A DNA stretch of 63,990 nucleotides, counting the filler, from Ferroacidibacillus organovorans (GTDB lineage Bacteria > Bacillota > Bacilli > Alicyclobacillales > SLC66), in NCBI RefSeq assembly GCF_001642725.1. It is 5 parts of 5 records of this genome, joined end to end, with 100 filler letters (N's around TTAATTAATTAA, not from the genome) between each part and the next. Parts side by side here need not be neighbours in the genome. Positions count along the whole stretch, not along the records: positions 57,074 to 63,990 come from NZ_LSUQ01000093.1; 4 more parts are not named here. One strand, given 5' to 3'. This document shows positions 57,074-63,990 of this stretch, piece after piece (positions within the stretch are counted from its first letter, which is position 1; the number at the start of each line of letters is the position of its first letter). Made by a program: the position numbers and the translations under genes. The notes beneath the pieces are model-generated. The model had not been told where the DNA came from. It did no database searches and worked only from the letters and a program-made list of their open reading frames with translations.

Positions 57074-58155
57074 GCGCTGATGATGTATTGACTGCCGTGA
57101 TAACGCTGCTTAATATGGCGCTGCGTCGCGCGGCAGTTCACGCGCGCGACGTCATCGCGCTCGCCATTTGTTCGTCTCCTCGCTATGCGGTCGTATGGGA
57201 GCGCCGCTCTGGAACGCCGCTTGCGGTGTTGCGTCTTCCGATGGATGGGGATGGTGCGTTTCAGATGACACTGGAACGTATATCTGCAATCGCTTCATCC
57301 TATCCGCATCTACCGCTCGTCGCGGGTGGGTTTGATTCGTGGCTCATGTTTCACTTTTCTGGATTTGAAACGTGCGGCGTGATGCAAGATCACCTGCTCG
57401 CTTCGCGGTTTATCCTTTTAAAACAGCGGTTTCAGGATCGCTTGGACGTTCCTGTCGCCGCACAAAACTATCAACTTGAAGTAAAAAAATCACTTTACTT
57501 GGAAGGATTTCAAAACATCCCGTGTGTTACGGTCTCAGCGCTCACGGCCACACAGTTTGGTGTGATGCATAACGGGCAAATGGACGCTTTGCTTCTTGTT
57601 GAAAAAGAAGGGTACATTCGCTTTTTTTCAAACGCGTCAACACAGTCCGATCTTGATGAGATCCTTCCTGTTGTGCGTGGCTTTGAAAACGCCCAGCGTA
57701 TGATCGATTGGCTCTTTGCGCATACGTCTACGCATCCATCGAGTGACGAAGTGGCCGCTGCTTTGCAAAAACCTTTCCCGAACGTTCGCTTGCAGATCGA
57801 TGAGTCGGAACACGCTGCGGCGGGCACGTTATACGGAATTTCTCCTGATCTGACAGATGAACAGTTGCTCGCTTCAGGTTACGCTGCACTTTTGGCAACC
57901 ATTTCAGATGGACTCAACGCGTGGGCGCATGCGGGTCAGCAGATTCTGACTACGGCAACGACGTATGCGCCTGTTTTCGTTTTGCGAGCGCTCGCAAAAC
58001 GACTCAACGTCGATGTTGTCATGCATACGACGGATCAGCTCGGGAAATGTGTTGCACTTATCGCAGCGGCAGATGCGGGAGAACTTTCAAGACGCGAGGC
58101 GCAAGCGATTCTGCGGGATGAGACCGAAGTGTTCGTGCTGTCTCCAGACGCGTGA
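57074..58155 (+). CDS. Divergent FGGY/glycerol-kinase-like protein (N-terminus missing)
   Basis: AVVWERRSGTPL, GGFDSWLMFHFSG, GTLYGIS and C-terminal ALIAA resemble FGGY kinase segments; catalytic motifs eroded. Confidence 0.5.
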
Positions 58156-58235
58156 CGCGAGTGACGTTGATGTTCAGCCGAATCTTGGTATAATCGGGGA
58201 TGTACCAAATCTACCCTTGAAAGGCGGTCATGCTC

Positions 58236-58736
58236 ATGGCAGGACTCGGACAACCCAAGGGCGCACCGGAAACCAAGACATTGAAAGTTGGCGATGCCGC
58301 GCCGGATTTTACGCTTAAGGCGCATGGCGGCCGCACCGTTACACTTTCAGAGTTTCGCGGGAAAAATGTGTTTATCGCATTTTATCCCCTCGATTGGACT
58401 CCGGTCTGAGGCGCTCAAATGCCTTCATACGAGGATGATCTCTCTCGTTTTGAAGAGTACAATACCCAGGTTCTGGGTATCAGTGTCGATAGCATTCCGA
58501 GCCACGAAGCGTGGCAGAAGTCCATTGGCGGCATTTCTTATCCGCTTTGTTCGGACTTTTATCCTCACGGGGCAGTCGCTGAAAAATTCGGCGTCCTTCG
58601 CTCTGAAGGGTTTAACGAACGTGCACTCTTTGTGATTGACAAAGAGGGAGTTGTTCGCTTTATCGATGTTCACCCGATCGATAAACAACCTGACAATGAA
58701 GTGATTTTTGATGTCCTTCGTCAGTTAAGAGACTGA
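58236..58736 (+). CDS. Peroxiredoxin (AhpE/AhpC-TSA family) with in-frame UGA at the peroxidatic position; probable selenoprotein
   Basis: [12 protein letters not shown]...[12 protein letters not shown](58407)-GAQMPSY...GISVDS...[11 protein letters not shown] in one frame, 166 aa. Confidence 0.88.
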
Positions 58737-58739
58737 GTC

Positions 58740-58786
58740 AAACCGTGCGGCCGATAAGCGAATGCTTAACGGCCGCACGGTTTTTG
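58740..58786. terminator. Bidirectional terminator
   Basis: AAACCGTGCGGCCG...CGGCCGCACGGTTTTTT. Confidence 0.85.
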
Positions 58787-58787
58787 A

Positions 58788-60134
58788 TTAACCAATGGCC
58801 GTGTGAAGCGTGTTGACAAGGCTTTGCCAGAGTGTCGGGCTTGATAACCCCAGATACCAAACCGCGCCGCCTGCCAAATGATCTTTTGGGATGAGATCCG
58901 CCAGAAGCATGAGTGAACGCTCGTCTTCCATCCAAATTTCGTGAATGGTTCCTTGCACGACATACCTCAGAACGTGAACGCCAAGCGCTGCGTCCCAGTG
59001 AGGAACTGCGTGAACTTGAGAGACGAGATTTTGCAACTGTTGAAGTGAGAGTGGCTGACTATTCAATACTGTGCCTTGTTTTGACAGCGTCCAATCCTGT
59101 GTGTAGAGTGGCATGCCAAGCACCAGCTTTTGTGAGGGAACCCCCGTTATAAGCATATCTTTGATCCCCGTAGACACCCACGGCAGTGACGCGGTCGGCC
59201 CTGCATAAGGATCGCCACCCCAGTGTTGATCATAGCCCATCAAAACGATCTTTGAGACGACTTTTGCCAATGCTGCGTGATTATAAGGTCCAGTGTTTTG
59301 CCCGTAAATGATGTCAGGCGGAAGGTCGACAGAGAGCGCGACGTGATGCGGGCGGAGCGCCGTTGCGAGTTGTTGAACAAAGTGTGTGTAATTAAAGCGG
59401 TCTGCGTTCGCTAATCCTTCGAAATCAAGGTTGAGCCCATCGAGATGGTATTGCTTTGCAAGGGTGACAAGATGGTGAATTAAAGCGGTCTGCCGATCGG
59501 CATAGGAAAGATACGCATGGGTCTCGGATGCAGAGAAACCATTGTCGACGACCGCCCAGACTTTGATTCCTCGCGCGTGGCACATTTGTACGACTTGCTC
59601 GTTGATCGTCCCACTGACCGCTCCATAAGGACCTGAGACATGCAACCATTTTGGCGCAAGCACGGTAAGCCCTGGAGACTGGGCAAGAAGGGTCGGCAGT
59701 GTCGCAGGAGTAACGCCGAGTGTCCAGCCGAGTGCGATCGGTGATGACACGACAGATGTAAGCGGTGAGGCGAGAGGCAAGGTAGTCGGGAGATGCGAAT
59801 TAGGCTTTACGAGGTTGGCGGAATTTGAAGTTTTGTTTGCGCCAAGTCCGTAACCTGTGGCAGACGGCAGGGAGCCGGCCACTGAAGGTACGGTTTCAAG
59901 CGTAATCTCATCATTTGAGAGCGCGGCGAGTGAAACCAAAAAGTGCGTTGGATCGGGTGTCGCAAGCGGCTTTCCAAGAACTGAAAAGTCAAGGATAGCG
60001 CGCAGTGCTGTAGGAATCGACATGTACGATACGACCGCCGGATCGATCTTGCGGGCATACCAGGAAGTCATCATGAGGGATGTCGCTAGAAAAAGGATGG
60101 ATGTTGCGATCAAAGAGATTCGTTTTGGGAGCAT
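58788..60134 (-). CDS. GH18 glycosyl hydrolase family protein
   Basis: DGLNLDFEG catalytic motif, MGYDQHW, LVLGMPLY; N-terminal TM/signal. Confidence 0.9.
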   Translation of the reverse strand: MLPKRISLIATSILFLATSLMMTSWYARKIDPAVVSYMSIPTALRAILDFSVLGKPLATPDPTHFLVSLAALSNDEITLETVPSVAGSLPSATGYGLGANKTSNSANLVKPNSHLPTTLPLASPLTSVVSSPIALGWTLGVTPATLPTLLAQSPGLTVLAPKWLHVSGPYGAVSGTINEQVVQMCHARGIKVWAVVDNGFSASETHAYLSYADRQTALIHHLVTLAKQYHLDGLNLDFEGLANADRFNYTHFVQQLATALRPHHVALSVDLPPDIIYGQNTGPYNHAALAKVVSKIVLMGYDQHWGGDPYAGPTASLPWVSTGIKDMLITGVPSQKLVLGMPLYTQDWTLSKQGTVLNSQPLSLQQLQNLVSQVHAVPHWDAALGVHVLRYVVQGTIHEIWMEDERSLMLLADLIPKDHLAGGAVWYLGLSSPTLWQSLVNTLHTAIG

Positions 60135-60281
60135 CGCTTGTTTAGACCTCCAAAGCGCGCACAATGTGCATGATTTTCTTGTACGTGCTATCGAATCTAT
60201 GAAACAAAATCATAGAATAGACCGCTTTACTTCTAGGAAAGATAGGGGAATTGGAAGTGAAGTGATGAGGAGGGGATATAC

Positions 60282-61607
60282 GTGATCTATGTTTTCCTTT
60301 TGTCGCTAGCAGCGCTTTTTCACGCCGCGACATACCATGTCACGCAGGAACTGTCTCTGGCGGCGGGTGTCTTCATACTGTCGTGGTTTGGCATCGTATG
60401 GGAAGAACCGTGGATCGCGCTGCAAAAAACCGTCGGTTCTTGGCTTCATCTCTTGAAATTGAGGCGAAAGCTTTCCGCGCTTGAGGAACTGCCGCCCGGA
60501 TGTAAGCGCTGGATCGATGCGTACGCAAACCAGTACCCAGCGTATGTGCGGATGCCTCTAACGCTTGGCGAGGATGGTGTCATCCGCTTTGCTGCACTGC
60601 GCGACCTGCGGCAGCTTCCACTGCAGCCGGATCACTGGCCGCTCCCGCTTCTCGATCTCGCGGCTGTGTTGGAAACCCTTACTCCTGAATTTTCTGACGT
60701 ACGACTCGTCACACTCTTTGTCAATCAGGCGATTTTTCGGAATGCGACACGGCGGTTCGTTGCGCGTCTCAGCGAAATCGGTCTCTCAAGCGCGTCATCG
60801 CTCGCTGCGCTGTTTGACAGTCTCGTGCGGTTTCAGGAAGAGGATCGGCGCTTGGGGGGCCCCGGCTTGCTCTTGCGCGAGGTGTTTTATACGTGGCTCT
60901 TCACGTGTGTACCTGAGGCGCAAGCCGCTTGTCCGCATGCGTCAAAACGCACGGTGTGGTTTCACGCAAACCTCTCAGAAGCGATGACACGTCTAACGCG
61001 CCGCCTGCGCGCACAAATGCTTGAGGAGTCGCTGGATCATCCGGAATGCGACACAACGCACGAGTTATCTCCATTGCGGTCGACACAGGTTGCTGCGAGT
61101 CATGAGGTGACGTTTGAGCGAGTCAAGGCGTGGGCAACGCAAGATATGGCGCGCGCTGTTCGCGTAATGCGCGACGTCTTTTTATCCAATCGCGAAGAGC
61201 GTGGAGGCATCCTACTTGAACGGAATGCTGACGCGTGGCGTGAGGGCTATTTTGTGGCGATCCATGAGGGAAGACGCGTGGTGATGATGATTGCGCTGGA
61301 ACTGAGCGAAGGGGAGGGTGGGGTACTTGAGCGGGCGATGGTGGCGCGTACGAAAGAACGCGCGAGCGATGTGCTGCTCTTGCCTCTCGATCCGCTGTCT
61401 GAAGCGCTGATGCGCAGAGCCGACTCTCTCGAACTGCTCGTCTTGCCGTGTGAAGAGTTACAGCGCATCATCGATGTGTATCGACAGCAACTCTGGCACG
61501 CGGTCGCTTTCTCCCTGCGCGTATCACGCGAAGGGAGTGACGAATCTACAAAAATGAAATTCGTAGATTCTCAGTTGTCTCCTATAGAACTTGGGACCGC
61601 AACATAG
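60282..61607 (+). CDS. Hypothetical membrane-anchored protein, possible degenerate Mrr-like C-terminal domain
   Basis: Two N-terminal TM segments; strong RBS; C-terminal alpha/beta pattern. Confidence 0.55.
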   Translation: MIYVFLLSLAALFHAATYHVTQELSLAAGVFILSWFGIVWEEPWIALQKTVGSWLHLLKLRRKLSALEELPPGCKRWIDAYANQYPAYVRMPLTLGEDGVIRFAALRDLRQLPLQPDHWPLPLLDLAAVLETLTPEFSDVRLVTLFVNQAIFRNATRRFVARLSEIGLSSASSLAALFDSLVRFQEEDRRLGGPGLLLREVFYTWLFTCVPEAQAACPHASKRTVWFHANLSEAMTRLTRRLRAQMLEESLDHPECDTTHELSPLRSTQVAASHEVTFERVKAWATQDMARAVRVMRDVFLSNREERGGILLERNADAWREGYFVAIHEGRRVVMMIALELSEGEGGVLERAMVARTKERASDVLLLPLDPLSEALMRRADSLELLVLPCEELQRIIDVYRQQLWHAVAFSLRVSREGSDESTKMKFVDSQLSPIELGTAT

Positions 61608-61655
61608 TACAATACGACTATCATGTTAAGTTCGTGTAAACGTGAGGTGTCAACA

Positions 61656-61832
61656 TTGGGGCAATTCAATGAAAGAGACGCGGGTTTACAGAAACAGCAA
61701 GCTGCAGAACTGTTGCGAAACGCGATACGCGGCAATGATGATCCGTTTGTCACGCTCTGTCAAGCGATGCGCAGCTCGTCAGGAAAACCTGTAGAGCGAC
61801 GCATCCTTGAAGAAGAGGATGACGAGCGTTAG
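61656..61832 (+). CDS. Small hypothetical protein
   Basis: GAGGTG RBS and TTG start; 58 aa. Confidence 0.5.
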   Translation: MGQFNERDAGLQKQQAAELLRNAIRGNDDPFVTLCQAMRSSSGKPVERRILEEEDDER

Positions 61833-61910
61833 ACGTTTCAAAGCCAATCCGCGCGCAGGCTTTGCCTGCAATTGTTTTGTAAGCGGTTTCTATCAAATCC
61901 CCGATTCCAA

Positions 61911-62957
61911 TCAAGCACCTACATAACGCGTATAGAGAGACCTTGCCACCCCTGTATCGCTTGTCCCCTGAATGAGCGCCCTTCCATCGCGAAAAACCGT
62001 GAGCGTGTAAGCATCGACTGCAACCCGCACAAAAAAAGGCGTTTGAGTGACGTCGTTTGCTACGATACGCACTTCCTTTGCCAGTGTATCGAGCGAGAGA
62101 TTGCGCGGAGCGTTTGGCGTGACTTGAATCGTGTCCCGACCACAGAGACTGACCGTCTCAGGAGCGCGATCAGAGTGTAGATACGTAAAGATGCGCTGTC
62201 CGCACGTTTTGCAGTTCTCTTGCTTCGCAGGGAGTTTCATGGTCGACTGGCGGCCCTCCCACACGTCAAGGTGGGTCAAGTGTTTCGCGACGGGCGCGCC
62301 GACCAAGTATTTCAGCGCGAGCGTCGATGCGAGACTCCCGATCACATCGGTGAGTGGTCCGATGACGCCGACTGTATCGCACGTTTCTGCGTGCGTCTGA
62401 TTCGAATCATCTGGAAACAGGCAGTGAAAGCAGGCGCCATCCGGAAAAAAAGGAGCGATCATTCCGCGGCTTGCCACAGCGCCTGCATAAATCCATGGCA
62501 GTTTGTGGAGGACGGCCACATCGTTGATTAAAAAACGAGTCGCAAAATTATCAGTTCCATCCATGATCAGATCGACATCGCGTAAGAGACGCTCTGCGTT
62601 TGCGGCAGTGAGATCAGTGACCTCAGGTTCAATCTGTACTTGACTGTTGATCTGACGAAGTTTTGCGGCCGCCGCGAGCGCTTTTGGTTTTGCTTCTGCC
62701 GCATCCGCTTCATCATAGAGGGTTTGCCGCTGAAGATTGCTCCACTCGATGATATCGCGATCAATGATTCGAGTGAAGCCAACCCCCGCGCGCACCATGT
62801 GGTTGGCAATGACCGTGCCAAGTGCGCCTGCGCCGACGACCGCAACGCGGGCAGCGTTCAATTTTTGCTGGCCGGAGACCCCGATCGGCGTAAACAGGTG
62901 TTGCCGGCTGTACCGCGGATGTGTTTCAGGCAGATCAGGATGTTGCATGCGGATCAC
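61911..62957 (-). CDS. moeB: ThiF/MoeB family adenylyltransferase
   Basis: RYSRQ, GAGALG, SNLQRQ, DGTDNF, CxxC motifs, SLCGR. Confidence 0.9.
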   Translation of the reverse strand: MIRMQHPDLPETHPRYSRQHLFTPIGVSGQQKLNAARVAVVGAGALGTVIANHMVRAGVGFTRIIDRDIIEWSNLQRQTLYDEADAAEAKPKALAAAAKLRQINSQVQIEPEVTDLTAANAERLLRDVDLIMDGTDNFATRFLINDVAVLHKLPWIYAGAVASRGMIAPFFPDGACFHCLFPDDSNQTHAETCDTVGVIGPLTDVIGSLASTLALKYLVGAPVAKHLTHLDVWEGRQSTMKLPAKQENCKTCGQRIFTYLHSDRAPETVSLCGRDTIQVTPNAPRNLSLDTLAKEVRIVANDVTQTPFFVRVAVDAYTLTVFRDGRALIQGTSDTGVARSLYTRYVGA

Positions 62958-63681
62958 CTTCTTGATCTGACGTTGGATTCCACGGTCCGTCAGGGCCTAC
63001 CCACTCAACTTGCCCATCTGAGAAAAATTCCTTTTTCCAGATGGGTACGGTTCTCTTGAGGGTGTCGATCGCAAATTGACCTGCGGCGAACGCGTCTTTG
63101 CGATGGGGGGTCGAAACGCCGATCAGGACGCTTGTCTCCGTCAAAGCGAGCCGTCCCACGCGATGCCATAGCGCGACATGCGCATCAGGCCAGCGGTCCA
63201 CACACGCATTCTTTACGGCGCGCATTTTTTCAAGAGCCATTTCCTCGTACGCCTCATACTCCAGGTAGTCTGTTTGTCGCCCGCGCGTAAATTCGCGGAC
63301 GGTACCGGAAAAAAGGACAACGGCACCTGCCGCCGCACGCAAGACGTGATCATACATCGCGTTGACCGATAATATGTCGCGCGTGATGAGCAAGTCGGGC
63401 CATGTAGTGTCACGGAGGCTCTGCGGTTGTGACCCACCACTCACTGGCGGGATGATCGCGATGCGGTCTTTTTCTTGGATGGTCACGTCGTGTGTGGCGT
63501 ATTCTTCATTTACCGCAAACCATGCGCGGCGAAGAATTTCTTCGAGCATTGGATAGGCAGCCGCAATCGCATCGCGTACATCGGCGATGGTGTGAGGTGC
63601 TCTGTGCTCGATTGAAACTTCGATTTGCTCTTTTCCACACGCTTCTGCCGCTGCGGCAAAGAGTCGAACGTGTACATTCAC
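62935..63681 (-). CDS. moaE: MoaD-MoaE fusion (molybdopterin synthase)
   Basis: MoaD part ending IPPVSGG fused to MoaE part (GAVVLFSGTVRE, LEYEAY, HRVG, VPIWKKE). Confidence 0.93.
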   Translation of the reverse strand: MNVHVRLFAAAAEACGKEQIEVSIEHRAPHTIADVRDAIAAAYPMLEEILRRAWFAVNEEYATHDVTIQEKDRIAIIPPVSGGSQPQSLRDTTWPDLLITRDILSVNAMYDHVLRAAAGAVVLFSGTVREFTRGRQTDYLEYEAYEEMALEKMRAVKNACVDRWPDAHVALWHRVGRLALTETSVLIGVSTPHRKDAFAAGQFAIDTLKRTVPIWKKEFFSDGQVEWVGPDGPWNPTSDQEGDPHATS

Positions 63682-63815
63682 GCGGATTCACCTGCCTAGG
63701 AAAGGATTCGTCACAACGTATTATACAGGAATCAAAATGTCCGGGCTGTGCTTGTGCGGAAGAAGATCGGTTTGCGTTATACTAAATGAAATGAAGAGAA
63801 ACGGGGAGAAATACG

Positions 63816-63990
63816 TTGACGGATCAGGTTTCGGCGCGCGCGGTGGCAGCGCACCATCGATTGACTCATCTGGACGAGGCGGGCCACGCACGCATGGTGG
63901 ATGTCAGTGCAAAAACGCCGTCGATCCGCGAAGCGATTGCGCAGGCGGATGTGCACATGTTGCCAGAAACGCTCACAGCGATTCGCGAGC
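63816..63990 (+). CDS. moaC: Cyclic pyranopterin monophosphate synthase (partial)
   Basis: [18 protein letters not shown]...REAIAQA. Confidence 0.92.
   Translation, partial: MTDQVSARAVAAHHRLTHLDEAGHARMVDVSAKTPSIREAIAQADVHMLPETLTAIRE

Noticed and set aside
58288..58635. Listed ORF 58288-58635 and the truncated 58419-58736 peroxiredoxin
   Set aside because: Better explained by a single 58236-58736 gene reading through UGA.
1..63990. CRISPR arrays, tRNA/rRNA genes, prophage or IS transposases
   Set aside because: I saw no regularly spaced repeats, cloverleaf or rRNA signatures, phage genes or DDE transposases.

Overview
Draft-assembly window made of five contigs joined by artificial 100-bp N/TTAATTAATTAA linkers. 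It comes from a spore-forming, S-layered, flagellated Bacillota genome; an acidophilic Alicyclobacillaceae-like organism is my inference. Contig 1: the 3' end of a group IIC intron, then an operon of two cupredoxins plus a four-subunit heme-copper oxidase resembling the Acidithiobacillus cup(AcoP)-coxBACD iron-oxidation module, accessory membrane genes, and pduO-nagD-nrdR-nrdJ with tandem NrdR boxes and an internally duplicated NrdJ. Contig 2: kdpBC, a tandem KdpD-N/USP protein with no histidine kinase domain, a T-box (probably Tyr) controlled aldolase/dioxygenase pair, two MFS transporters, thiamine genes and a candidate HMP-PP riboswitch. Contig 3: the conserved yloC-remA-rpoZ-coaBC-priA-def-fmt-rsmB-rlmN-prpC-prkC-rsgA-rpe-spoVM block, with gmk missing. 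Contig 4: a second IIC intron inserted behind the S-layer terminator, a mosaic S-layer gene, a ComK-like/sigma factor pair, an Rpn-like gene with an internal start, flagellar rod genes, mbl, spoIIID and spoIIQ. Contig 5: a UGA-containing (probable selenocysteine) peroxiredoxin, a GH18 gene and molybdopterin genes. All similarities are recognised from memory of the protein and RNA families; no database search was run.
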